64,000 nucleotides of DNA from Bacillota bacterium (GTDB lineage: Bacteria > Bacillota > JAAYKD01), in assembly GCA_963666425.2 (NCBI GenBank), contig OY762825.2, positions 864,001 to 928,000 on the forward strand, written 5' to 3'. Positions 1-8,313 of the stretch are shown here, in pieces. The notes beneath the pieces were generated by a model. That model was not told the DNA's origin and did not search any database. It was given only the letters and a program-made list of their open reading frames with translations. Made by a program: the position numbers and the translations under genes. Position 1 is the first letter of the stretch. Each line of letters opens with the position of its first letter.

Positions 1-325
1 TATCGATTCTTGGATATTTAACCAAAATCGCCAAAGCTGCATTCTCTACTTGTTTCAAATCGGAAAAATCCGCAATAAAATAATCTACCGTCACCCCATA
101 TTTTTTTTCGATTTCTTCTTTAACCAATATTGCTTTCTTCTCGTTTCTCGCCACAATCACAAGATTCGCTCCGCCGGCAGCTAAGGCTTTTATGGTTTCA
201 TAACCCACACCGGAAGTAGCTCCAGAGACAACACATAACTTCCCCTTCATAGATTCATAACTATGTTTTTGAACAGCAAAATCATTTTTTATGAACATCA
301 ATTCATCTGGAATTTTAAAAATCAT
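1..325 (-). CDS. SDR-family NAD(P)-dependent oxidoreductase (3' end outside window)
   Basis: Manual translation from ATG at 325: MIFKIPDELMFIKNDFAVQKHSYESMKGKLCVVSGATSGVGYETIKALAAGGANLVIVARN; SDR GxxxGxG Rossmann motif; GGAGAAGG RBS upstream. Not in ORF track. Confidence 0.85.
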   Translation of the reverse strand, partial: MIFKIPDELMFIKNDFAVQKHSYESMKGKLCVVSGATSGVGYETIKALAAGGANLVIVARNEKKAILVKEEIEKKYGVTVDYFIADFSDLKQVENAALAILVKYPRID

Positions 326-336
326 ATTCCTTCTCC

Positions 337-792
337 TTATCCGAAAAGAACTCGCATGAACCAGCGATAGGGTCTCTTCATCAGTGGAATTTCATCATAA
401 ATATCACCCCAGAGATCGTAATAGTCTCTCTGCTCAATGATAAATCCGGCACTATTAAAAATCAGTTTTGTGGCACCATAAATTGGTTTAGCTGGAAAAA
501 AGCGAAAAGACATTGTCATCTTCCAATCCATCATCACAATTTGATCAGTTTTAACAATACTTTTTATATCCATTCTCAGGCTTTTACAGCGATTGGCCAA
601 TCGAGTACACATTGCTTCAAAATTGACTTTACCCTCAATTCTCTGGATTGAATCCTGAAAAATAATATCTTCAGAATAAAAAGGAAAAATATGAGACCAG
701 TCCGGTTTCCCGGCTTTACTATAGGTTTTTGACCACAATTCCTTAATCTCTTGAATCGACATTGATTTGTTTTCCAGCAAATTTCTTGCCAT
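337..792 (-). CDS. SnoaL-like / NTF2-family protein
   Basis: 151 aa; FYSEDIIFQD...IEG and EQRDYYD motifs typical of SnoaL-like domains; GAGGTG RBS; 12 bp upstream of the SDR. Confidence 0.75.
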   Translation of the reverse strand: MARNLLENKSMSIQEIKELWSKTYSKAGKPDWSHIFPFYSEDIIFQDSIQRIEGKVNFEAMCTRLANRCKSLRMDIKSIVKTDQIVMMDWKMTMSFRFFPAKPIYGATKLIFNSAGFIIEQRDYYDLWGDIYDEIPLMKRPYRWFMRVLFG

Positions 793-1048
793 TACAACAC
801 CTCATCTGAGTTTTGATATCTTCTAGCCTTAACTTTCAACGCTTGATATTTTATTTCCTTCACATTATAGCAACTTACTAGATATTAATTAGCTTTTCCT
901 TTTTTTGCGTTTCAACTCATCCCTTACCGCAATCGGTGGCTCTTTATGCCACGGTTGGCTATTTTTCTCAGAAATGCTAAATGAACTGCATAAGATTTTA
1001 AGCAAATAAAACCCGCAGGAGCTGCAGTAAACGGCAAGCGTCAAATAA

Positions 1049-1213
1049 CACCCACAGCATCAGAAGTATTTAGCTTGGAACGCCGACAGATTTATCTCTT
1101 GGGCGCAAAACATCGGATCGAATACAGAAACAGTAATCAATGCAATCCTGGCAAGTCATAAGATTGAGCAGCAAGGTTATCGTGCCTGTATGGGTGTTTT
1201 GAAACTGGCAGAC
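1049..1213 (+). pseudogene. IS21-family transposase (IstA) C-terminal fragment
   Basis: Translates HPQHQKYLAWNADRFISWAQNIGSNTETVINAILASHKIEQQGYRACMGVLKLAD, resembling the IstA C-terminal region; no start codon, stop immediately upstream. Confidence 0.75.
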
Positions 1214-1265
1214 CGGCGATACTATTCTTAAATGCTTAGGCTTTCATGAGGATGAATATATTTAG
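1212..1265 (+). pseudogene. Possible C-terminal remnant of an MqsR-like toxin
   Basis: Reads TGDTILKCLGFHEDEYI*, similar to the terminal (S/G)FH motif of MqsR-like toxins, directly upstream of the antitoxin-like ORF; very short. Confidence 0.45.
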
Positions 1266-1283
1266 GAGAAGGAGGTGGTATCA

Positions 1284-1571
1284 ATGAAAAAGTATTGTGA
1301 AGAATGTGGAAAAGAAGTTGAAGCAAAAATTATCACTCGTAAAGAGACCTACGATGTATGTGGTGAGCCGATAGAAGTCGATGCGCAGCTCCTTGTTTGC
1401 ACAGAATGTGGTGAAGAATTATTAACACAAGCTTCTTCTTCCGGAGGAAATAAAGAAGCTAAGAGAGCTGTAGAGATTTCAAAATACTCTTATAAAGAAG
1501 TGGGATATCAAGCTACTAACCCTGGCGAGATTATTTCATATTCATTTGCCAAGGATATTAACTTGGATTAA
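1284..1571 (+). pseudogene. Internally deleted MqsA-type Zn-ribbon / DUF4065 (Panacea) antitoxin
   Basis: N-terminal CEEC...CTEC Zn ribbon joined through a short linker to EISKYSYKEVGYQATNPGEIISYSFAKDI, which resembles the DUF4065 C-terminus; HTH and domain core absent; strong RBS. Confidence 0.65.
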
Positions 1572-1652
1572 TCTGCTTAGCATTGGTTGACCGAGCGACG
1601 GTATTCCGCGACGGCAGGATAGCATTCAAGATTATTTGATGCAGCGAGATTG
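1571..1652 (+). pseudogene. Possible C-terminal remnant of a large serine recombinase
   Basis: Reads ICLALVDRATVFRDGRIAFKII*CSEI, resembling the terminal strands of large serine recombinases; internal stop; abuts the IS1182 end. Confidence 0.45.
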
Positions 1653-3475
1653 AGGGGCTGTAGCAAAATGAAAAATTGCTACAGTCTCTTTTTGATGCTC
1701 CAGTATCATTTTTCACAAACGAAAAACAAGCTAATACGAAAAACAGCAGACAGAAATATAAAGGTCAGATAAAATCTCACCCAAATACAGGAAATATTCT
1801 GATTTTTACTATTGTTAAGCCGTAAGTTTTTTAAACAATTGTCTGCCGGTGCGATTTTGTTGAATCTTGTTGTGTAATTTGTTGATGTTGTAGCCCATTG
1901 CCACCAAAAGAATCTCTGCCAAAACCTTTTTATTGCCGCGGAGCAGGAACTGACGGAAGCCGTAATCCTGCTTGATCACGCCGAAGGCTCCTTCTGACTG
2001 AATGGAACGATTCATCCGCAGCAAGATCCCCTTGGCACTGGTGATCCGCTCCAGTGACTGTTGACGCTGCTCAATGAATTTCTTGGAGACCTGCAGTTTC
2101 CTGTTTCCCTTCGATCGGGTGCATTTCTTTTTATAGGGACACGTTCCGCAATCCTCACATGCGTAGTAGGTGATCTCACTTTCAAAACCAGACTTGCTCT
2201 TACGTTTGCCTGTATAAACTGCTCTGAGCTTCTTTTCAGCCTGACAGGTGTATTCATCCAGTGTCTTGTCATAGGCCATGTTTTCCCTCAGCGCCATGTT
2301 GCTCTTGTATTTCTTCGTTTTAGACCGCTCATAATTTTGAGGCTTAATGTAACACTGTGTGGTTTTATTTTCAAAAAAGGTGTAATTTTCCTCGCTCTCA
2401 TAACCCGCATCCGCTGTGACATCTTCGTAACTTGTCCCCAGATGTGATTCCATATTTTCCAGCAAGGGTATGAGTGTAAGCTGATCGCTGCGCTCACTGG
2501 AAACCTGGACACCTGTAATATATTCACCTTCCACTCCAAGTTGGATGTTATAACCCGGTTTCAATTGCGCGTTACGCATATGATCGTCTTTCATATGCAT
2601 GAAAGTCGCATCCGGATCAATTTTAGAGAAGCTATTCCGCCCTTGGAAGGTCGTTTGATATCCGGCATACTTTTCTTTCCGGCCGAGCAGTTCCCGAAGC
2701 TGCTCGATATCCCTTTGCAACTCGCTTTTTCGCTTGCCCTTGCCGTAGACAAACGGTGCGGTTATCCGGCGCTCGAGGATCTGCAGCAAATCTTCCGACG
2801 TTTCTGCCAGAATACCGTATTTTGCAGACAGCTCAGGCAGCCACTTCGACAGTTTGTCAAGTAGCCTGCTTTCATATTTCGTCGTGCTTTTTTTCCAGAC
2901 AAAGCTATACTTGTTCGCATTCGCTTCGAGTTTTGTCCCGTCTACAAACAGATGCTCAAACTTGATTTCACTCAAGTTTGCCAGCTTTTTCACCAATTGG
3001 TAGAAAAGCTCCTCACCGCATTTTGTCAGCCGTTTACTTCGAAAACGCGCGATTTCGCTGTGGTTAGGTGCTTTTTTTCCATTGAGCAGCCAGATGAAAT
3101 TGATATCTCGCTTACATGCCATGGCGATGGCGCGGCTGGAAAAAATGCCTTGCATACTGGCATATACCATTAGCTTCAGCATGGTAACGGGATTTGTTGC
3201 CGGGCGACGGCCTGTGCGTTGATATGCTCTCCAAAGCGGGGTCTCATCCATCTCCTCCATTATTTCGTCTAAGAGCCGCACACTGTCATCTGCAGGAATT
3301 ATTTTCTCAGCAAAAAATTCGTCAAGTTTTAGTTGCACATTTCTTTTTTTCGTGCCATAATGGACACGGTGTAGTGGTTTTTTCACGATTCAATTATACC
3401 AAAAAAACAGAGCCTTGTGTCTGCTTTTCGCAGCCACTTGGCTCTGTTTTTTTAGGCTGTTTTGCTACAGCCCCT
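1653..3475 (-). mobile_element. IS1182-family insertion sequence
   Basis: Perfect 16-bp terminal inverted repeats AGGGGCTGTAGCAAAA (1653-1668 and reverse complement 3460-3475) flank one transposase gene; no clear target duplication. Confidence 0.9.
1815..3386 (-). CDS. IS1182-family DDE transposase
   Basis: 523 aa; DUF772-like N-terminus (GRRPATNP, SSRAIA), VDGTKLEANANKY, DPDATFMHMK, ADAGYESEEN, EGAFGVIKQDYGFR. Confidence 0.93.
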   Translation of the reverse strand: MKKPLHRVHYGTKKRNVQLKLDEFFAEKIIPADDSVRLLDEIMEEMDETPLWRAYQRTGRRPATNPVTMLKLMVYASMQGIFSSRAIAMACKRDINFIWLLNGKKAPNHSEIARFRSKRLTKCGEELFYQLVKKLANLSEIKFEHLFVDGTKLEANANKYSFVWKKSTTKYESRLLDKLSKWLPELSAKYGILAETSEDLLQILERRITAPFVYGKGKRKSELQRDIEQLRELLGRKEKYAGYQTTFQGRNSFSKIDPDATFMHMKDDHMRNAQLKPGYNIQLGVEGEYITGVQVSSERSDQLTLIPLLENMESHLGTSYEDVTADAGYESEENYTFFENKTTQCYIKPQNYERSKTKKYKSNMALRENMAYDKTLDEYTCQAEKKLRAVYTGKRKSKSGFESEITYYACEDCGTCPYKKKCTRSKGNRKLQVSKKFIEQRQQSLERITSAKGILLRMNRSIQSEGAFGVIKQDYGFRQFLLRGNKKVLAEILLVAMGYNINKLHNKIQQNRTGRQLFKKLTA

Positions 3476-3625
3476 TCTTTTTTTGTCCACTACTACAATC
3501 GCAAGCGCGGGTGTAAAATTCGGCGTTGATTCGGTGGAAAACGCAGCTTTCCAAAGGGTAACTGGCTGCGTATAGAACCTATAAAATGCAAAAAAGCCCG
3601 TAAACACAGGCTTTTCGGGCCTAAA

Positions 3626-3670
3626 AAGAACTCTAATGTTGATACTTACCGTATCAATATTAGAGTTCTT
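3626..3670. repeat. 20-bp inverted repeat abutting the tRNA 3' end (terminator and/or att-like site)
   Basis: AAGAACTCTAATGTTGATAC-ttacc-GTATCAATATTAGAGTTCTT, one mismatch, 3 bp from the tRNA CCA. Confidence 0.7.
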
Positions 3671-3673
3671 AGA

Positions 3674-3758
3674 TGGTGCGGGCGACAGGAGTTGAACCTG
3701 CATGAATTTCTCCGCCAGATCCTAAGTCTGGTGCGTCTGCCAATTCCGCCACGCCCGC
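3674..3758 (-). tRNA. tRNA-Leu(TAG)
   Basis: Reverse complement GCGGGCGTGGCGGAATTGGCAGACGCACCAGACTTAGGATCTGGCGGAGAAATTCATGCAGGTTCAACTCCTGTCGCCCGCACCA; anticodon arm CCAGA-CTTAGGA-TCTGG, long variable arm, encoded CCA. Confidence 0.96.
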
Positions 3759-3962
3759 GTATGCTACTGCATTTTATCACAATTTGTCTGTCGGAGCAAG
3801 CATATTTTATTCAGCTAGCTGAATTTCCGTGTATGCAGGCAACGTCCTTTCACGAAAAAGTCGCAGGATTGTTATTTGCTTTTTCAGTTCGTTTATGATA
3901 TGTTATTCTCAGTTTTTTTATATCAATAAGCATCCTATCCTGATTATTCGAGGTGAAAATTT

Positions 3963-5459
3963 TTGTTTCATGAAAAGCTGAATTTCTTAATGACATTAAC
4001 GCATTCCTCCAACAATACGTTGGGTGAAGCTGTCTCGCTGGATGCTTCCTATATCAGCCGCTTACGCAATGGCAGCCGCAAGCTGCCGAAAGACCCTGCT
4101 TTTATCCCTGCAATGGTCGATTATTTCGCTCAGAACATCAATACAGAGGAACAAAAACGAATCTTAGCGACGGTTCCTACTTTTCCCTATCGCTACGAAG
4201 ACGACGGCAATCGCATCAATCAATTATTATCACATTGGCTGCTGCAGGATACCGATGATATGGAAGAACCGATAGAAGCCTTCTTACGGCGTTTCAGTCT
4301 GGTTCGCCATCAGGCTGATGTAACCGCACCAAAGTTGCGGCCTGCGCGGCCGCGCTCCAAAGCAGACTATTATTTTGGCATCAAAGGAAAACAGGAAGCA
4401 GTCTTGCGCTTTTTGAACCAAGTCGCGCGGGAGAAATTCACGCAAACTTTACTGCTCTTCAGCAACGAAGATATGTCATGGATGCTCAACGACCCGCAAT
4501 TCACCAAACAATGGGCGGATTTAATGACAATAGTAATTCTAAAAGGAAATCGCATCAGGATCATTCATACCGTCAGCCGTGCGCTAAATGAGATTTTCGA
4601 TGCAATCACCCAGTGGCTGCCTTTGTATCTGACCGGCTCAATCGAACCTTATTATTATCCCAGGTCACAGGATGGTGTTTTTCGGCGCACCTTATTCATT
4701 GCACCGCAGACCGCAGCAATTGTAGCGTCTTCTGTGCAGAATAATCTGGATGATATGGCTAATTTTTATATTATCAGCCAACAACTGATCAAGACCTTTG
4801 AAAAAGAGTTTGAACACTATTTCGCTTTGTGCAAACCTTTAATGAAAATCTACACCAACGAACAAACCCCGGCTTTGCAGGAAGCTTTGCTTGGCTTTGA
4901 TGCCAAACCTTGTAACACATTACTCTATTCTCCCTCTTTGTCCCTGCTCACCCTGCCTTTTGCTGCTGCCAAGAGTATTGCGGAGCGCAGCAGTCAACCG
5001 GCCATTTTGGCTATCTACCAAAGCAGAGAAATTGCTCTGCTGGAAAATCTAAAGCACTCCACCGTGGTTGATTTTCTTTCCTTGCCCAGCCTAGACACTG
5101 TTTTGCAAGGTAATTTACCATTATTACTGCGAGAGCTTTTCAATTTGCCTTATTTTTGCTATACGAAAGAAGAATTTCGGCTGCATTTAGCCAATGTGGT
5201 TTACTTGTTGCGCAGCGAGCCCAATTATCATGTTGCGATGCATCAGCAAAATGTGACGCCTTATTTACTTTATATCAAAGAAGATTTTGGTGTGATGCTC
5301 AGTAAAGTAACGAATCCCAACGCAGTTTTCTTAATTGAGGACAGCGGTATGACCATTGCATTTTGGAACTTCCTCTATCGTCAGGCTAAAAAAACGATCA
5401 AGACCAACCGCCAGCAGATTATTCATCTGTTGGAACAATATCTGGAAGCTCTGCAATAA
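3963..5459 (+). CDS. Putative transcriptional regulator: N-terminal XRE-like HTH with a large uncharacterised C-terminal region
   Basis: 498 aa; NNTLGEAVSLDASYISRLRNGSR resembles an XRE HTH; GAGGTG RBS before TTG start. Confidence 0.6.
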   Translation: MFHEKLNFLMTLTHSSNNTLGEAVSLDASYISRLRNGSRKLPKDPAFIPAMVDYFAQNINTEEQKRILATVPTFPYRYEDDGNRINQLLSHWLLQDTDDMEEPIEAFLRRFSLVRHQADVTAPKLRPARPRSKADYYFGIKGKQEAVLRFLNQVAREKFTQTLLLFSNEDMSWMLNDPQFTKQWADLMTIVILKGNRIRIIHTVSRALNEIFDAITQWLPLYLTGSIEPYYYPRSQDGVFRRTLFIAPQTAAIVASSVQNNLDDMANFYIISQQLIKTFEKEFEHYFALCKPLMKIYTNEQTPALQEALLGFDAKPCNTLLYSPSLSLLTLPFAAAKSIAERSSQPAILAIYQSREIALLENLKHSTVVDFLSLPSLDTVLQGNLPLLLRELFNLPYFCYTKEEFRLHLANVVYLLRSEPNYHVAMHQQNVTPYLLYIKEDFGVMLSKVTNPNAVFLIEDSGMTIAFWNFLYRQAKKTIKTNRQQIIHLLEQYLEALQ

Positions 5460-5483
5460 ATGAAAGAACCTTCTTTCGCATCG

Positions 5484-5541
5484 ATAAATGCACCGTTCAG
5501 AGAGAGGTGGCAAATCACCTTCACTCTAAACGGTGCATTTT
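5484..5541. terminator. Hairpin between convergent genes
   Basis: AAATGCACCGTT...AACGGTGCATTT stem with inner AGGTG/CACCT stem. Confidence 0.6.
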
Positions 5542-5558
5542 ACGAACTCGGCTATTAT

Positions 5559-5717
5559 TTATTTCTCTTTTTTGTAGATACACGCCTGATCGCAGCCTGC
5601 ACAGCCACCACCGCAGCCACCGCAGCCACCGCTGCCCGCTTGTTGTTTTGCTTTCCGTGCCGCAAACAAGATAGCCGCCAGGACCAGCATGATCAACAAC
5701 CAATCGATTCCATTCAT
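5559..5717 (-). CDS. FeoB-associated Cys-rich small membrane protein
   Basis: Manual translation MNGIDWLLIMLVLAAILFAARKAKQQAGSGGCGGCGGGCAGCDQACIYKKEK; TM helix plus Gly/Cys tail, directly after feoB. Not in ORF track. Confidence 0.85.
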   Translation of the reverse strand: MNGIDWLLIMLVLAAILFAARKAKQQAGSGGCGGCGGGCAGCDQACIYKKEK

Positions 5718-5756
5718 GATGCTCTCACATTCCTTTCAAACTAAACCCCAAAACAA

Positions 5757-7775
5757 TCAGAGGAGCAGGGAGCCAACCTGAAAAACAAGATAGGCCGCTA
5801 ACCAGGCGATACCAGTCTGAAACAGGAAGGCGATCACCATACCCCGCCAACTGCCCCATTCCCGTCGAACCGCTGCCAATGCGGCGATGCAGGGAGAATA
5901 AAGCAGAGTGAATACCAAAAACGAGAACGCCGACAGCGGTGTAAACATTTGCGGTAAAGCAATAGAAACCTGACTCACGTCGCTCACTCCGGTCAGAATT
6001 GCCAATGTGCTGACCACCGCTTCTTTGGCAGTCAAGCCGGTTAAGAGGGCAGTCGCGGCGCGCCAATCGGCAAAACCCAAAGGAGCGAAAAGCGGCGCCA
6101 GGATTCTGCCGAGTCCCGCCAGGATACTGGTATTACTGTCAGTGATCCAATTGAAATGCAAATCAAAGCTTTGCAAAAACCAAATCACAATGGTACCAAG
6201 AAAAATTACAGTAAAGGCGCGGGTCATGAAATCTTTGGCTTTTTCAAAAAGATTCAAAGCTACGCTTTTAGCATTTGGCAGCCGATACGCCGGTAATTCC
6301 AAGACGAAAGGCATCAAATTCCCTTTCATTACTGTTGATTTCAGTAAAAGTCCGGATAAAATCGCCATCAATACACCGCCGAGATAAAGCACGATCATGA
6401 CCAGGGCTTGATGCGCCGGGAAAAAGGCCGCCGTAAAAATCGCATAGATCGGTACTTTGGCGCTGCAGGACAGAAACGGAGTCAGCAGCATCGTCATCTT
6501 GCGGTCTCTTTCTCCCGGCAAGGTGCGGGTAGCCAAAATCGCCGGAACTGAACAACCAAACCCCATCAGCATGGGCACAATCGAGCGGCCGGAAAGCCCA
6601 ACTTTGCGCATAAACTGATCCATCATAAAGGCGATGCGCGCCATGTAGCCGGTATCCTCCAGGATGGACAGCAAAAAGAAGAGAATGAGGATAATCGGCA
6701 AAAAGCCCAACACACTGCCCACACCGGCAAAAACACCATCGATCAAGAGGGAATGCAGGATCGGATTGGCACCGAAAAGAGTCAGCTGTGCATCGAAGCT
6801 GCCGGTGAGTCCATCGATGACCATCGCGAAAATATCCACAAAATAGCTGCCAATCGGGCCAAAGGTGATCCAGAAAATCAAGATCATAAACAGGAAAAAG
6901 ATCGGGATGCCTAAGTAACGGTTGGTCAGTAAGCGGTCTATTTTTTCTGAGCGGATTTGCTCTTTGGTTTGACCCGGATGTTTCAGGGTTCTTGCACAGA
7001 GCCGTTCGATGAATTGATAACGTAAGTCAATCAAAGCAGCTTCCCGATCCAGGCCCAGGTTATGTTCCGCTTCCTCGACGATGCGCTGTACGATCTCTAA
7101 TTCCGAAGGACTCAAAGCCAGCCGTTTTTCCATTAGCTCGTCGCCTTCCACCAGCTTGGCTGCCGCAAAACGCACAGCCACCCCAGCTGCTTCCGCTTTG
7201 TTTTCAATCAGGTGACAAATCGCATGGATTGCCTTGTGTAATTCACCGCTGCAAAAATCCAAGTGCTGCGGCTTGATCTTTTTTTCCGCTGTTTTCAGCA
7301 TGCGATCGATCAGTTCGGCTACACCCTGATTTTTCATGGCGGAAATTGGAATTACTTCGATCCCCAATGCGGCTGATAACTGCACAAAATCGATCGAATG
7401 TCCACTGGCCAGAACTTCATCCATCATATTCAGAGCTAATACCATCGGTATTTGTAAATCCAGCAACTGCAGTGTCAGATATAAATTCCGTTCCAGGTTG
7501 GTTGCATCGGCAATATTGATGATACAGTCTGGTTTTTCATCCAAGAGAAAATCTCTGGTCACGATCTCTTCTGTTGTATAAGGAGAAAGCGAATAGATAC
7601 CCGGTAAATCCACAACTTTCGTATTTTTAAAACCTTTAATACTGCCGGATTTTTGTTCCACCGTTACGCCGGGAAAATTGCCGACATGCTGATTGCTGCC
7701 GGTCAATTGATTAAAGAGGGTGGTCTTGCCGCAATTCTGGTTGCCTACCAAAGCAAAAGTCAATTGGTTGCTCAT
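5757..7775 (-). CDS. feoB: Ferrous iron transporter FeoB
   Basis: GNQNCGKT, VGNFPGVT, DLPG and NMMD GTPase motifs; GFGCSVPA and multi-TM C-terminus. Confidence 0.97.
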   Translation of the reverse strand: MSNQLTFALVGNQNCGKTTLFNQLTGSNQHVGNFPGVTVEQKSGSIKGFKNTKVVDLPGIYSLSPYTTEEIVTRDFLLDEKPDCIINIADATNLERNLYLTLQLLDLQIPMVLALNMMDEVLASGHSIDFVQLSAALGIEVIPISAMKNQGVAELIDRMLKTAEKKIKPQHLDFCSGELHKAIHAICHLIENKAEAAGVAVRFAAAKLVEGDELMEKRLALSPSELEIVQRIVEEAEHNLGLDREAALIDLRYQFIERLCARTLKHPGQTKEQIRSEKIDRLLTNRYLGIPIFFLFMILIFWITFGPIGSYFVDIFAMVIDGLTGSFDAQLTLFGANPILHSLLIDGVFAGVGSVLGFLPIILILFFLLSILEDTGYMARIAFMMDQFMRKVGLSGRSIVPMLMGFGCSVPAILATRTLPGERDRKMTMLLTPFLSCSAKVPIYAIFTAAFFPAHQALVMIVLYLGGVLMAILSGLLLKSTVMKGNLMPFVLELPAYRLPNAKSVALNLFEKAKDFMTRAFTVIFLGTIVIWFLQSFDLHFNWITDSNTSILAGLGRILAPLFAPLGFADWRAATALLTGLTAKEAVVSTLAILTGVSDVSQVSIALPQMFTPLSAFSFLVFTLLYSPCIAALAAVRREWGSWRGMVIAFLFQTGIAWLAAYLVFQVGSLLL

Positions 7776-8002
7776 GCGTTTGCCGCCTCCACCTCAATCA
7801 AATCGGCATCTTCTTTTCGTAGGGTTAAGCTATAGCCACGCAAGCTCAATTCCAGCGGATCTCCCATGGGAGCAACTTTTCGTATGGTCACTTTTGTGTT
7901 CGGTGTCAGTCCCATTTCCAAAAGCCTGCGCCGCAATGCGCCGCTGCCACCAACTTGCTGAATTCTGGCCCCGTGTCCTACCGAAATCTGTGCTAAGGTC
8001 AT
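7772..8002 (-). CDS. feoA: Ferrous iron transport protein FeoA
   Basis: RRRLLEMGLTP...APMGDPLE..LRGYSLTLRK; overlaps the feoB start by 4 nt. Confidence 0.95.
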   Translation of the reverse strand: MTLAQISVGHGARIQQVGGSGALRRRLLEMGLTPNTKVTIRKVAPMGDPLELSLRGYSLTLRKEDADLIEVEAANA

Positions 8003-8020
8003 GACCGATCCCTCCCTTAT

Positions 8021-8118
8021 GTTATCTTAGTCTAACAATTATTGCTTAAAAAAGTGGTTTCTGTTAGCCACTGCTTACATTCTACACGAGAAATAGGTTT
8101 ATGTCAACCATAGCTAAC
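8021..8118 (-). promoter_or_regulatory. feoAB promoter with three GTTAG-N6-CTAAC-like operators
   Basis: Minus-strand TTGACA (8102-8107), 17 bp, TAGAAT (8079-8084); palindromes at 8021-8036, 8063-8078 and 8103-8118. Confidence 0.7.
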
Positions 8119-8256
8119 TAATTATTTCGGTCGGAATCGCAATGGATTTTGTTGCTGCAATTTGGCGGCAGTGTTTTTCCATTTTCGACCGATTCGATGC
8201 TTCTTGCGCTGCGATTGTGGACTTTTCTCGCTGTTCTGCAAGTAAAACTAGGACAT

Positions 8257-8297
8257 AAAAAGGCTGCTTTGATTTTTATCAAATCAAAGCAGCCTTT
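8257..8297 (-). terminator. Intrinsic terminator of the ferredoxin gene
   Basis: AAAGGCTGCTTTGATTT / AAATCAAAGCAGCCTTT perfect stem with a U tract on the minus strand. Confidence 0.8.
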
Positions 8298-8313
8298 AAC
8301 AATGCTTTTGGTC

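Noticed and set aside
2012-3898. Small ORFs overlapping the transposase and tRNA
   Set aside because: Alternative-frame or antisense shadows of IS1182 and tRNA-Leu.
5460-5744. 94-aa + strand ORF with TATTAATAATAA
   Set aside because: Antisense of the Gly/Cys peptide gene and the terminator.
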